Positions 23,317 through 35,437 of a stretch of 64,000 nt of DNA are shown here, piece by piece. Every line of letters starts with the position of its first letter. Position 1 is the first letter of the stretch. The stretch comes from Histomonas meleagridis 2922-C6/04-290x (lineage: Eukaryota; Protista; Parabasalia): NCBI GenBank assembly GCA_020184695.1, contig JAANOX010000087.1:1-64000 (forward strand), read 5' to 3'. The translations under genes and the position numbers were made by a program. The notes beneath the pieces are model-generated. The model was not told where the DNA came from, did not search any database, and saw only the letters and a program-made list of their open reading frames with translations.

Positions 23317-23872
23317 ATTTGCTGTTTTTAATGAGCAAACAGCTCATTGCCGCTTGTATGATAATAAAATAAAATTTCTGTATTTTGCATATCATTTAAG
23401 AAGAGCTTATTCATCTATGAGAAAAGTGTGTTGAAACAGATCTGTTTCGCTGTGAGGTAGAAATAATACCGAATATGCCAAATCACTTATTGCCAATTTA
23501 TCCATAATATAATATTTTTAACTCTTTTGATTGACCTTTTGCTAATATGGTTCCAACTTTACAAATCATATGGATAATTTATTAATAGTCCTTCTTTTTG
23601 AATGTAAATTGAGGTGCAATATATAATTTCGAATATAATATGTCCTTCATTATCTGTTCGATCACTGGTGATGATGCCAAATATTTTGCGTATTGAAAAT
23701 AACCCTGCTTATTGACTATCTTTATAAAAAAAACTTGTGAAATTGTGTCATGATCTGTTATAGCACATAACCTTTCTCAATATATTTAGCTATGTGTTTG
23801 ATGTAAGCTTATAAACGATATGAATAAAGCTATGAAAATTCAATATTTCATGGACGCTCAAAAAGTGACAGG

Positions 23873-23877
23873 TCATT
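23873..23877 (+). promoter_or_regulatory. Initiator (Inr) element
   Basis: TCATT directly upstream of ATG 23881, matching the trichomonad TCAYT Inr. Confidence 0.5.
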
Positions 23878-23880
23878 GAA

Positions 23881-24432
23881 ATGTCATCCAAATCCTCTAT
23901 ACCAGTTCGAATCGTTGCTGTTGGTGATGGTGCTGTAGGGAAAACCAGCATGCTCCTCGTTTTCAAGGGAGAACCATTTCCAGAAGATTATGAACCATCC
24001 ATTTTTGAAAACCACCATGAAATGAGAAATTTCCAAGGAAAAACATACTGCCTTCATCTTTGGGATACAGCTGGTCAAGAAGAATATGATAGATTACGTC
24101 CAATGAGTTATGCAAAATGTGACGTTGTTTTAATATGTTTCTCGCTTGATAACAAAGAAAGTCTTAAAAACGTTGTAGACAAATGGAAACTCGAGATTGT
24201 TGAATATTGTCCAAAGGCTGCCGTAATTCTTGTTGGAACTAAGTCTGATCTTTGGGATAAAAATGCTGATGGCGCAATCACACAAGAAGAAATTGATAAT
24301 GTTGCAAAACAGGTAAAGGCGTTCAAGACAATCACATGTTCAGCCAAGAATAATACTAACATTGGAAACGTTTTCGATTTAGCTATTGCTGCTGCAATTA
24401 ACAAAAATGGTGGTGGGTGCACAATTGCTTAA
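23881..24432 (+). CDS. Rho/Rac-family small GTPase
   Basis: GDGAVGKT, YEPSIFEN, LWDTAGQEEYDRLRPMSY, GTKSD, CSAK, and a C-terminal CTIA CAAX box. Confidence 0.95.
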   Translation: MSSKSSIPVRIVAVGDGAVGKTSMLLVFKGEPFPEDYEPSIFENHHEMRNFQGKTYCLHLWDTAGQEEYDRLRPMSYAKCDVVLICFSLDNKESLKNVVDKWKLEIVEYCPKAAVILVGTKSDLWDKNADGAITQEEIDNVAKQVKAFKTITCSAKNNTNIGNVFDLAIAAAINKNGGGCTIA

Positions 24433-24775
24433 AGGATGGCTAGTTTTTTTATATTTGATATATTTTTGATGTTGAATTTTTTGTTTATTTTGATTATTTT
24501 TTTTTGAATACATATGAGTCATTTATTAAGGAGATAAATGCACTTTGACTTAACAAGGAATATTAAAATAAATATCTCATTGACCAGAAACTATTTTCAA
24601 TTTTGATTTAAATCAAATCAATATTCGAAAGTAAAAAACTAAATAGCACAATATTACATTAATGAAATTATATCGGAAACCATTATAAAACAAGTAAACA
24701 TGTGGTGGAGATCGAAAAACGTTTTCAATCAAATCTGACACTGATTACAACGAGGGCACCCCAATTTATGTTGGA

Positions 24776-25966
24776 ATGGGTGTTAAAAGATGCGATCCTT
24801 CAAATCTCATAAAATTACTAAACAGTATTGGTGCGACCATGTTTGGTTGCATATGCGTTTTTGCATTTATTGACTTGTTTGCATTTCGTAATGCAGATCC
24901 CATATCTTTTTTAGATATAACATATGCTTTATATCCCACATTTACAAGCAAACGATCTTACATAAAAGCTGTATATGATGATATTCATCCTTTCACGCAA
25001 TTCATTTATGGTGATGTTTCAATTAATGCAGGAACAAACTCCAATAATTCACTAACTTCTATTGAACTAAACCTACTACAAAAAGGCAATATAGCTTATA
25101 ACAAATTCTTTTTAATGAATAATGAAACTATTCAAAATTATAATATTATCAACAAAAACTCAATTACCTATGATAAAGTATCTCTTCAAGTTGATTATAC
25201 TGGGGACATCACTGAAGACTCCACAGTTAAGGTCAAATTTCAATTTGGGTCATATAAATTTTTTTATAGGAAATTATTTTTCAAGGTCACCTTCTTTCTT
25301 TGTTCACTTGCGTTTCTCCTACTGAATCTTAGGAACAGTTTCAAGTTAAACTTTCGATATCTTTCTACACTTTTCCTCATTATCCTTTCATGCATTAGCA
25401 ATAATCCATTTACAGTAATTTCACATTCCAAATCTGTCATCACATTTGATTGTATCTTCCATCGGCTTTTTCATTCTTTTTGCCGCATCTTTCTTGCGAT
25501 ATATCTCTTGAACATGATTCCATTGTCGAATGTTTTATACATTGTTATCACTATTTCTATTTCTTTTTGTGATATTTTATTTGGAATATTTGAGGAAGTT
25601 TTATTTTCACTTCAATATAATGAGAACCCTACAAATTTCATTAAGGTCAAAGTTTCCGCATTAGATATAATCGTAATGACGTTTTATTTTGCTGAATTAA
25701 TTTTCGTTTTTGTTTTCGCTGATAAGTCATCGTTTATGTCACTTTTTGGTTTTGCACTTTTGTCACTTAACGAAATTTTGTCACTTTTATCTGAAAGGAA
25801 TCTTGACAGAGGAATATTGTATTTGATAGCAATAGCGATTCCAAACATATTCTCTTATGATTATATAGGATATGGAAAAGGAGTGAGCGATAATTATGAG
25901 TTTGGAAATGGTTTTTATTTAATAAATGGTGATGAAGAAGATTCATTATCAGAAATTGAAAATTAA
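24776..25966 (+). CDS. Multi-pass membrane protein, TMEM181/Wntless-like
   Basis: N-terminal TM, lumenal domain, about 7 TMs including CISNNPF. Family assignment is tentative. Confidence 0.55.
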   Translation: MGVKRCDPSNLIKLLNSIGATMFGCICVFAFIDLFAFRNADPISFLDITYALYPTFTSKRSYIKAVYDDIHPFTQFIYGDVSINAGTNSNNSLTSIELNLLQKGNIAYNKFFLMNNETIQNYNIINKNSITYDKVSLQVDYTGDITEDSTVKVKFQFGSYKFFYRKLFFKVTFFLCSLAFLLLNLRNSFKLNFRYLSTLFLIILSCISNNPFTVISHSKSVITFDCIFHRLFHSFCRIFLAIYLLNMIPLSNVLYIVITISISFCDILFGIFEEVLFSLQYNENPTNFIKVKVSALDIIVMTFYFAELIFVFVFADKSSFMSLFGFALLSLNEILSLLSERNLDRGILYLIAIAIPNIFSYDYIGYGKGVSDNYEFGNGFYLINGDEEDSLSEIEN

Positions 25967-26700
25967 GGAGCAGGTAAATCTTGAACACCACTGACTTTTT
26001 GGTACGATTGGGATTGTTGGAGAACATAGACATGAAGCAAAACACAGAAGAAAATAAAAAATGTGTTAACAAATGAAATTATCTTCGACCAAACACTATC
26101 GGATTTGGCAATTAGATCAAGAAACGTAGCAAGACCAACAGAGCCACTGTTAGGGAACCCGACTAAAAGGTATAAAGTGAACCCAATAAGGATAAATTGA
26201 AGAAAAGTAAAAGATATCGGAATGTTATGATTTTTACAGCCTCTATATAATCGTGGGAAACATATTGATATTGTGAGATATAACTGTAACGCGGTGAAAA
26301 TCAATGCAAAAACAAAACTACGTGGATATGAATAATTACTTAATCCAGAAATTGAGACTGAGCTAATAATGTTGATAAAGGATTGGATAACAGTAAAAAC
26401 AACATTGTATAGAGCAACTTTTACAAGTCGTTGGGCAAGTACTGGAATTTCATTATTAATATCAATATGGAAAACAGGGAAAAATCGTGGCCAATTTGGC
26501 TCATCGTATACTTGGGATTTGGCTTGTTGAAGTTCTTCTTGCCTTTGAAGAAGTTCTTCTTCTCTTTTTTGAAGACGTAATAATTTTTGTTGTGGCGTCT
26601 CGTTTTCGGGAGGTAAATTAGTTGCCTCGTCATCTAGAAAACTTTTTAAGTTATCATTTCCTTCTTCTTGTGATAAGAAAGGATTTTTTATTTCATCCAT
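25963..26700 (-). CDS. SCAMP: Secretory carrier membrane protein
   Basis: N-terminal NPF motif, coiled coil, NWPRFFPVFHIDINNEIP, four TMs. Confidence 0.85.
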   Translation of the reverse strand: MDEIKNPFLSQEEGNDNLKSFLDDEATNLPPENETPQQKLLRLQKREEELLQRQEELQQAKSQVYDEPNWPRFFPVFHIDINNEIPVLAQRLVKVALYNVVFTVIQSFINIISSVSISGLSNYSYPRSFVFALIFTALQLYLTISICFPRLYRGCKNHNIPISFTFLQFILIGFTLYLLVGFPNSGSVGLATFLDLIAKSDSVWSKIISFVNTFFIFFCVLLHVYVLQQSQSYQKVSGVQDLPAP

Positions 26701-26806
26701 TTTTTCTTCTGTGAAACTGCTAACGGCCTCGGTTGAACGTTTACTTTACACAGTCCAGACGATCATATCCAATTGAATATTTTGAATGCGCTTTAATCGT
26801 TTTCAT

Positions 26807-28195
26807 TCAATATGACAGTTTGCTTTGTGATTGACTTTGAAATTTTTGAATGAGATCTAACAAATCGATAGCAGCATCAAAAATGGTTTCGTTTGTGCTT
26901 TCTTGTAGCTGTTCAATTTCCACCAAATCATTTAATAAGAATTGAATATAATTTTGTGCACAATTCGATGTTAACAATTTCATTAAAAATTGCAAACAAA
27001 TTGGACCAATTTCATCATCTTGTGCAAAATATACCAAACAATGAATGAACTTTTCGTTTATTTGTTGTGTGCTTGTGAAATAACACATCAAAATTTTCAT
27101 TGATAATTTTTTTAATTCGTAATTTTGTAAATCGATTTTTTCCAAAATGGTATCGAAAAAAGAAATTGGGACAATTGATTTATATTGTTCAGCGTTATTA
27201 ATTAATTTTACCATACATCTTTTCCTAATGATATTATATTTGGTAGAAAACAAATATGCCAAAATTAATGAAACGAAATCGTTTGGATTCAGCTGTTTCT
27301 TTAGGTATTTGAGTACAGATGAAGCAACAGATGGTTCATCGATATGAACAATTTCAGTGGCTATAACGGCGTTTATGGATTCATGAAGAAGTGGATAATG
27401 TACTAATGGGATTTTACTTAATGATTTTATTATAATTGCAACAATTTTAAGGTTTATTTCTTTAATTGATTTCGTATTTGGTTCAGTTGACATATGCAAA
27501 AATGAAAGTATGACTTCACCAAATAGTTGTAAATGAACTGGGGACAACGGAATTGGTATTTGTAAACATTTGATTATGAAAAGGTAATAATCTTGATGAT
27601 GGATTAGTGGATTCTTTCTTTGATTTTGTGGTAATAGTGTGGATTTTATGCTTTCGGGATTGGGTAGTTTGTTTATAATTTGGTCGTTAAGGAGTATATC
27701 GCGTGATTCTGGAAATTTTGTGATAATCTGATTGAAAATATCAAAGTAAAAATGAAGATAAGAAGGCTTGGTAAACGACATGAATGATATTAAATGAAAA
27801 AGAAAAGTGGGAGATCCTTCAGAAGAAGTTTGAAAAAATATTTCAAATGGAAAAAATTGACAATGTGAAAAAATTGCAATGATTTTTATAATGTCGTTTT
27901 TGATGTCATTTTCTATACCTGATATGAACATGTTAAACAAAATATTAATTGGAAATGTTTCATAAAATTTAATAAATCTTTCTTTAGAAGGCTGAAAGTG
28001 TGGAAGATGTTTTGCAATAGAGCTTATTAATTGGATATTATCCTGAGGATTTTGTAAAAAAAATTCAAGTTCTTTCATGGCTTTAAAATAAGCTGCATAT
28101 TGAAGTTGATCTTTGCTACAATTGGGGTTTGAAAAATAGGTTGGTATTACTCCATGAAAATTTTGTTGGAGTTCTGTTCCCAATCTTCGCTCCAT
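26807..28195 (-). CDS. ARM/HEAT-like helical hypothetical protein
   Basis: 462 aa helical ORF. M3-like AACCGTTT lies immediately upstream on the minus strand (28201-28208). Confidence 0.75.
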   Translation of the reverse strand: MERRLGTELQQNFHGVIPTYFSNPNCSKDQLQYAAYFKAMKELEFFLQNPQDNIQLISSIAKHLPHFQPSKERFIKFYETFPINILFNMFISGIENDIKNDIIKIIAIFSHCQFFPFEIFFQTSSEGSPTFLFHLISFMSFTKPSYLHFYFDIFNQIITKFPESRDILLNDQIINKLPNPESIKSTLLPQNQRKNPLIHHQDYYLFIIKCLQIPIPLSPVHLQLFGEVILSFLHMSTEPNTKSIKEINLKIVAIIIKSLSKIPLVHYPLLHESINAVIATEIVHIDEPSVASSVLKYLKKQLNPNDFVSLILAYLFSTKYNIIRKRCMVKLINNAEQYKSIVPISFFDTILEKIDLQNYELKKLSMKILMCYFTSTQQINEKFIHCLVYFAQDDEIGPICLQFLMKLLTSNCAQNYIQFLLNDLVEIEQLQESTNETIFDAAIDLLDLIQKFQSQSQSKLSY

Positions 28196-28699
28196 TTTTT
28201 AAACGGTTTCTTGGATGTGATCAAACGTTGAACCCTGGCTTCTTACATCAGCATGCTTGAGTTTTAAAGATCATTCGAATTTGATTAATTAATAAAATTA
28301 ATTTTTTATGAAAAAAAACTCAAATAAGAGATATTATAATCTTTTAAAATGATTTTTATCTACAACCCTGTACAAATTATCTTCTTTAAAATCTTCAGTA
28401 AATGGATCTTGAGTTACTAGCTAAATTAGAATATCTTCTGAAAGAATTTGATGCGAACTTTCTGATCAAAGTTTACTCTTTTGTTTGTTGCCACGTCTAA
28501 GATATATATATAAATAAAATAGTAAGTAATGAAATATCAATAATCTAAATCAACACGCTAATAATAAAAGAAAATATATGCGTTATTACTTTTATTATAT
28601 TCGTTATATTGTAAAATTGTAAAGAAATCGGAATAAAAAAGTTTAATGTGCTAAATATTAAAATTGTATATTCATAATAAATATTTTTACTTCAATATA

Positions 28700-29540
28700 T
28701 GTATATTTGAAATTATAAAATGTATATAAATATGTGCTCTTTAAATATGTTTTTGATAGTGTTAATGTTTGTGTATTGAAAATGTTTGTCTTAAAATAAT
28801 AATATGTTTTAGTTATATCGAAATGTAATTGATTATGTTAATGTATTATTTTGTGTAAGAGTATTTAATTGCATAAATGAATTTGATCTGGTATATGTAT
28901 GACTTTGTGAAAATGTAGATGTTAATGGAATGCATCCATTATCGATGAATGTTTTGCAAATTTTAAGTTCACCAAATGATTCAACTTAAGTATCTTGTTG
29001 TAACCATAAATTTATATCCCTTCGAATGTTTTAAAATGCATTCTTTCCGATATTTTGTTCGCTATCTCCAGGATAATATATACATTTAGATTGAAAACAT
29101 TTATGAAATGCAAATTCTTCATTGAACATTTCTTTTAACATGAATCATGGTTAAACTTGTCCTTCACTCAAATGCGTGATTTCCAATCGTTTTTTTATTT
29201 TTATTTGTTCCCAATAATAACAGTTTCCAATGAATTCACTCGAAATTGATGAATATTAATTGTTTCAATATTTTCTCCAAAATCAGAGAATAATTACCAA
29301 TTGATACAATTTAGTTAGGTATCATTATCGAACACATTTTACTACAGTAACAAAATGTATTTTCTCCAATTTGTGTAATATTTCCATCTATTTTAAATGT
29401 TTCTAAATTGGTGCAATAACAAATTACAGAGGCTCCTTGTGATGTAAGTATTTTTGGTTCTTCAATTGAATATTTTCTCCAAAATTATTTACTGTTAAAC
29501 TTTCACAATATTGAAATGAAAATTCACCGACTTGACAACG
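28700..29540 (-). pseudogene. Decayed BspA (TpLRR) surface protein with S/T stalk
   Basis: Fragments VGEFSFQYCESLT, CYCTNLETFKIDGNITQIGENTFCYCSK, IGNHAFE and TSTFSQSHTYTRSNSF, broken by many stops and frameshifts. Boundaries are approximate. Confidence 0.6.
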
Positions 29541-29619
29541 AAAATTGTAAATTATTTTTTAATTACTTAAACAAATAATATTATTTATTAAATACAAAAG
29601 ATGCTTTCAAACAAGCTTT

Positions 29620-32526
29620 TTAGCCATTTTTCTCTTCCAAACGTTCTTCTCCGTCAAAAATCATTTTTATCACTTCATTCATTTCTTCCAATTTCTTCTT
29701 TTCTAACAAATTCATAACATTATTTACATCGCCCGAAGAAGCTAATAACAAAATCTCTTTATCAATTTTTCCTTCATGATCCAAATGAGAAACAAATTCT
29801 TTTTTTAATTTGGATACATATTCAATTTCATCATCGCACATTTTTAACATTATAAACGCTTCTAACCAAAATCCTTTTTGTATTAATAGTTCCACAGCTT
29901 TAATACCGAAATTAGAAACAGTTAAAAGCATGCAACCACTTATAATATCATTATTCTCGATTAATGATAACCCAACACTTCTTAACAAATCAGCAGAAGG
30001 TTTACTTATTTCTAAACCTAAAAATGCTGCTGTCATAGCACATAATGGATAAAGCTCATTTTTTGATTTAAAATTTAATAAACTTAGTTTCGCTTTATCG
30101 AATTCTTTCATCATTATAAGTAATGTAATTTCCAGAAATAAATTTTTTAAAGAATTCGAATTCTTTAATAATTCTGTTTTGAATGAAATAGCATTTATTA
30201 TTTGATCTTTATTTCCATAATAAGCTAAGTTTAAAGGAAGTTTCGAGTTATTAAAAAAATGTAAAAATATTGAAAACAAAGAAAACCCAAAATAAAATCC
30301 GTTTTCTTTTGAAGTTTTTTTAGCTATTTTTAACTTATCAATGAAATCACTTTTATTTGATTTCATTATATTACTTTTTAATTTTTTAATAATTTCTTGA
30401 AAAGAAAACATCGAGAACAAAAATTCATTATTTTTCTTATTAATTAAAATCGACCAATTTTCTAAATCAACGATTTTAATTGCATTATCTTCTGTTTCCA
30501 ATAAAACAAATCCTTTTCCAGTTGGAGCGAATTTTAATACTACAAATGGACATATAGAAATTGTCTTATAATAATAACCAAGTTTTCCTTCTGATGAATG
30601 AATGAAGAGTCCATTACCATTTTCTTCATAAAGAACAGTTTTAACTTTCGGTATATTACTTTGGACACAACGCGATTCCGAAGAATTTAAATTAAAAAAT
30701 GCAATTCTCCCAAATGTATCAGCTACAACAATTTGCGACTTTTTCCATGAAATAGAAATCGGTTCGACTAAATCATCTGTACAACGTAATTTCATAATTG
30801 GCGTTGTGTTTGTTATGGAAAATATATGAATTTGGCGATTTTTTAAAAGTACTGCAAAATTTGGTGAATCTGTTTTAAATCGTGAGATTTTTGTTTCATT
30901 ATATTTATATTGGATGCAAACAGAAAGAATTCGCGATGTAAACCAATAAGGTCTTTCATAATACAAAAAATTATTATTAGTACGTACACCAATAGATTTT
31001 TTATTTCTTTTTATTATAAAGATATCATTATATGAAGCAAAAAGTTCATTCAAAATATTTCCTTTATTATGTAATGTGATTATATTATGATTATTTAAAT
31101 CGATTTTACCAAAAGTTTTATTAGAACACCAAAAAATTGAAGAAGAATTAATAAATTTTACGTTTTCAATTGGTAATTCTGAAACTTTATATTTGTATCT
31201 AATATAATTTGTTTTATTGTTTGTAATAATTATATTTCCATCATTTGTGCCAAATACTGTAGTTTCAGTGAGAAAATCAAATGATGTATAATTATGTGGA
31301 ATCATTTGAGTTATATTTGTAATTAAAAAATTGTTTTTTGTGATTTTTATCATTAAGAAATATTTATTAGAAATGTAAATCAACAAATGTTTAGAGAAAT
31401 GTTTACAATAATTTAATAAAATATAATTAAAATGAATCATTCCAATTCCAGGCAAAATTATTTTAGTAAAATGCAATTTGTTTTTTATTCGATATATATA
31501 AAACGAATTATCTGTGCACTGAATAATTATATCGGAATCTTCGCTAAATGAAGGAATTAACCTTAAAAAGTTCGATGAAAGATGTGAAATTACAGTTTTA
31601 ACTGTGTTAGTTTTGGTCTCAAATATGGATACTGTTGATGAAGTTAAAATAAAAAGTGTATCCATATAATATGGATGAAAAATAATATCAATGATTTGTG
31701 AATTAGTGGATATCGTTTGTGTTAATATTGGAGAAATAGGTTTATGTTTGGGTGATTTGGATGTAACAAAGGCTAGAATTGGCTTAGATGAATATAAAAC
31801 ACATTCAAAAGGTCGAAATGGATTGATTACAAATCGAGTATAAGTAGAGGCCATATCAAAATGCCATAAAATTTTAGGGTGCTTATTTGTACCTAACTGA
31901 TTGTTTGGCCAAAAATCAATAGAAATTAATATTGAAGATGATAGTAAACATATTAAAATATCATTCGACCATTTTATATCAACAATTTGAACTTCATCTG
32001 AAAGATCCTCTGGAATTGTTAACATGCCTACATATTTAGAGTTTTGTAAATCATATAGAAGAACTTTACAAGTTTCGTCAGCAATTGCAAGATATGGTTT
32101 TTCTTCATGAAATTTTAAAAAAGTAACATTACATGTAGCTGCCAATTTTAGCGCTTTGATGAATTCTATTTTGTTAGGAACAACATGATAAAGCAATATT
32201 GAATTTTTGGTTCCAATAGCTGCGATTCCACAAGAAGACCAATCAGAGTACGCTTGATTTGATGATGATGGAAATAATGATGATAATATTTTTGCTTTTG
32301 GGGAATCTTCGATCATTGTGGAACTTTCATATCGCATTGAAAGCTTTGAATTCCTTTGAATAATTGAATATATAAACCGCTCCAGAAAAAAATGAGGTAA
32401 AAACGGATACACAAAATTTGGTAAAACTAAACAAAAAACACAAATGCAAAATAATGTAATAATCACAACTTGTTCAACAGTAATCAGTATTTGTATTAAT
32501 ATTTTTCTTAGATAATAAGATTTCAA
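29620..32526 (-). CDS. WDR11: WDR11-like WD40 protein
   Basis: DWSSCGIAAIG at the N-terminus, multiple WD blades, C-terminal GCMLLTV..AVELLIQKGFWLEA. The true start may be a downstream Met. Confidence 0.6.
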   Translation of the reverse strand: MKSYYLRKILIQILITVEQVVIITLFCICVFCLVLPNFVYPFLPHFFLERFIYSIIQRNSKLSMRYESSTMIEDSPKAKILSSLFPSSSNQAYSDWSSCGIAAIGTKNSILLYHVVPNKIEFIKALKLAATCNVTFLKFHEEKPYLAIADETCKVLLYDLQNSKYVGMLTIPEDLSDEVQIVDIKWSNDILICLLSSSILISIDFWPNNQLGTNKHPKILWHFDMASTYTRFVINPFRPFECVLYSSKPILAFVTSKSPKHKPISPILTQTISTNSQIIDIIFHPYYMDTLFILTSSTVSIFETKTNTVKTVISHLSSNFLRLIPSFSEDSDIIIQCTDNSFYIYRIKNKLHFTKIILPGIGMIHFNYILLNYCKHFSKHLLIYISNKYFLMIKITKNNFLITNITQMIPHNYTSFDFLTETTVFGTNDGNIIITNNKTNYIRYKYKVSELPIENVKFINSSSIFWCSNKTFGKIDLNNHNIITLHNKGNILNELFASYNDIFIIKRNKKSIGVRTNNNFLYYERPYWFTSRILSVCIQYKYNETKISRFKTDSPNFAVLLKNRQIHIFSITNTTPIMKLRCTDDLVEPISISWKKSQIVVADTFGRIAFFNLNSSESRCVQSNIPKVKTVLYEENGNGLFIHSSEGKLGYYYKTISICPFVVLKFAPTGKGFVLLETEDNAIKIVDLENWSILINKKNNEFLFSMFSFQEIIKKLKSNIMKSNKSDFIDKLKIAKKTSKENGFYFGFSLFSIFLHFFNNSKLPLNLAYYGNKDQIINAISFKTELLKNSNSLKNLFLEITLLIMMKEFDKAKLSLLNFKSKNELYPLCAMTAAFLGLEISKPSADLLRSVGLSLIENNDIISGCMLLTVSNFGIKAVELLIQKGFWLEAFIMLKMCDDEIEYVSKLKKEFVSHLDHEGKIDKEILLLASSGDVNNVMNLLEKKKLEEMNEVIKMIFDGEERLEEKNG

Positions 32527-32693
32527 AATAGAATCGAGGTCCTATCGTGTTTAACGATCATTTCACATCACATTACATAACGATGGATATAAACCATTGA
32601 AAACGAAAATTAGAGATCTCGAGTTACCAGTAAAAACATTTCATCAAAAAATTATAATATTTCATTAATTCACATATTTCTCATTAAAATAAA

Positions 32694-33495
32694 TCACAAA
32701 AGATATGGTTTAATTATTTCTTCTGTTGTTTCGAATATTTTCTTTCGTAATGGATGATTGATATACTTTAATCCAATGTTTTTTTCTTTTTTATTCGCGA
32801 AGTATTTTCCTGTGACTCCGTCAAAACTTTTTTCTAATAATAACATTATTGCTGTTTCAGCTCCTTGTTTTGGTTTTTTTATGAATGGCCTGAAAAATAT
32901 GTTTGCAAGCGAATCAATAATAGGATTGTCCATGGATATAATACCAGTCGATACAATTCCAGGATCGGCTGCATTAAATGTAATTTTTTGTTCTTTATAG
33001 CGTTCAGCCATTTCGAATGTGTTCAAGAGTAATGCATATTTACTATTACTATAAACTGAAAGTCGATGAAAAGTTCCTTTTTTCCCTTGCGTAAAGAGCT
33101 CAGGAAGTTGTAGGTTGGCCCAAGTGTAAGTAAGTGAAACCATATTAACAACTCTTGATCCAGATGACATTATAGGAATGAGATTCCGAGTGAGAAGATG
33201 TGGTCCAACACAATTTATACATACAGTCTTTTCGAGGCCATTTTCCAAAATTATTCTTTTCCCCGTTCATTGTCCCAAGCATTGTTGAAAAATCATTAAC
33301 TGATTGAAAGGAAGATAAATCAAGTGGGAGGATGTCAATGGACTTATTTGCTGATTTATTAATAATATATTGTCTTTTGGCTTCAGCAGCTTTAGGTTGA
33401 AGACAACCCATTATTACGTGATACCCTGCCTTTGCAACAGCAAGAGTTATTTCTGAACCAATTCCACCATCTGCTCCAGTGATGATAGCGGTCAT
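32694..33495 (-). pseudogene. Short-chain dehydrogenase/reductase, copy 1, frameshifted by a 43-nt deletion
   Basis: TAIITGADGGIG, NNAG, YSNSK. Relative to copy 2 it lacks 43 nt and has two single-base insertions near 33270-33285. Confidence 0.8.
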
Positions 33496-33624
33496 TATTT
33501 TTAAAACGGTCTTTCGAAAATTGTTTTTTTTTTTCATATGAAATAACACCACAATCAATGTTTAAAATTCACTAACTGAATCACTTAATTAATGTTCCTG
33601 AATCGTGCACTCCATCACTGTAAT
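33100..33624 (-). repeat. Inverted segmental duplication, copy 1 (pairs with 43541-44106)
   Basis: Near-identical reverse complement: 566 - 43 + 2 = 525 nt. Confidence 0.92.
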
Positions 33625-34217
33625 TAGAATTAATAAATTTCAATTTTCAAAATTCATTACTTTTGCTTTCCTAATCAGATTTTTCATGTATGGCGATTGT
33701 TTTTTTCAGTCATATTATAGAAAATGATCTCGACTATTCAAATTTAAAAATTCATCATACTCAAATAAAATATGTGGCACGTCTTTGTATTCATATGTTA
33801 ATGGAAAATATAAGATATTATGTAAGTAATTACTGTGATAATTGACTAAAGATAAAATCAAGATGATAGAAACGTTTTAATTTATCGGTCATTCATTTTG
33901 AATTCATAGAAGTTCGAAATTTGAATGCAAATACACAAGCTTTTCAATTGCTGTAAACACCACACCAAACTAAAATATTTTTCCATAGAGATAATAAATG
34001 ATGATTGTTTAGATAAAAATTATAAATGCTTTTATATATTGTTAAAATAATTCGCAAAAGTAAGAGAATATTTAAATTTTTCTTATGAAAATAATCAAAA
34101 AAAGGAAACTAACGTTTTCACAACGCTGCATGGCAAATGACATCAGTATGATTCAAAAATAAGAATAGAAATTTGAATACTTTATGCCATTGAAATGATT
34201 CGTCAGCTGACAGTCAA

Positions 34218-34718
34218 ATGTCAAATAGCACAAAGCAATTTCTCTCCATGGGGAACATCAGACAAAAAATAATATCAATCGATTCGCTATCAGACACGAA
34301 AAAGGCGAGGCTTGCAATGTGCACTGCTCAACCGCAATTTTATGTTTCAATAGAAGGATGGTCAATCAACAAATCAACAAATGTCGTATATTATACATGC
34401 GAAGTTGGAATCGAGCTTGATGAAGAAGTTCTAGTTTTTACCTCACTGCAAAGATATTCTGATTTGTATAAATTGGATAAATCGCTAAAAACTAAGATGA
34501 AGCCAAGCTTTCCAAAGAAGAAATTTTTCAAAAATACAGAAGTAGAGTTCGTCCGTCAAAGGTTCGTTGAACTTCAAAAATATATGATGGAAATATCAAG
34601 ATTACCAAATCTAATGGAAGATTCCACTTTTAAGACTCTTTTCCATTCGCAAGAAATGCATAATGCTTGGAAGAGTGCATGTGAAAGACAAAGCTTAGCC
34701 GCACCTCTTTCTTTCTAG
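34218..34718 (+). CDS. PX domain protein
   Basis: QRYSDLYKLDKSLK..FPKKKFFKN..FVRQRFVELQKYM. Confidence 0.85.
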   Translation: MSNSTKQFLSMGNIRQKIISIDSLSDTKKARLAMCTAQPQFYVSIEGWSINKSTNVVYYTCEVGIELDEEVLVFTSLQRYSDLYKLDKSLKTKMKPSFPKKKFFKNTEVEFVRQRFVELQKYMMEISRLPNLMEDSTFKTLFHSQEMHNAWKSACERQSLAAPLSF

Positions 34719-35152
34719 TTTGCTCAAGATTGAAACATTGGCTATTTTTTCTGTAAAATGATTGTTTTTATTATTCTTTGTTTTGCTTATATTTTCTGCT
34801 TAGTTTGCATCTATCTTTGTTGTTAATATGGAATTTATGGATCAATAAAAGCATTTGTGCAATTCCGGACAGGCCGATTAAATTCGATTGAAACTTCCGA
34901 TGAAAAAGAATTAATCATTGAATATTTCATAGATGTAAAGTAGTTATTCTTGGGTAACTGCCTCAAAAATCTCTATCGTATGCTATAGCATTTAATTTAT
35001 ATTGTAGCGAAGATAAATTAATATAAATTTTTATAAGTCGCCTCAAGGATACCCATATGCGTTCATGTGGACACATCACATAATGAATAATGCTTGGCAC
35101 AATAGAAAAATTGAATGTTAATAGATTCATATTAAAATATAAAAAGATATGC

Positions 35153-35360
35153 TTAAGCCAAAAAAATTATACCTGTTTTGAATGTTTTAATGGACAACAA
35201 TTTTAATAACATTTGTGCAAGATTGCAAATATTTGGTTCTGCTCCACCAGAAAAATAAATGCATTTAAGGTTAGTGCATGAAGCAAAAGCATTTGATTTC
35301 AAATATTCACATAACATTAATGTTTCTAAACTTGCACATTTTGAAAATGTATGATATAAA
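35153..35360 (-). pseudogene. BspA-like LRR fragment
   Basis: TFSKCASLETL..NAFASCTNLKCIYFSGGAEPNIC with no credible start. Confidence 0.5.
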
Positions 35361-35437
35361 TAAAAGAAATATAACATTGATTTCATTATATGAATTTATC
35401 TATTTGTTTTCAAATTTTCTTTACTTAACAACTTACT

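Noticed and set aside
23400-23800. Possible protein-kinase remnant on the minus strand (YIAP.., DL..LF..H.F); similar tail at 37087-37278
   Set aside because: Too degenerate to support without a database search.
28700-29540. Spacer-type interruptions in the BspA relics here and at 35153-35360
   Set aside because: Lesions are scattered stops and 1-2 nt indels with no 17-nt/20-nt periodicity: ordinary decay.
32530-32690. Partner TIR for TACAGTGATGG downstream of SDR copy 1 or upstream of the transposase (45100-45480)
   Set aside because: Only a weak resemblance (TACATAACGATGGA) was found; no convincing inverted partner.
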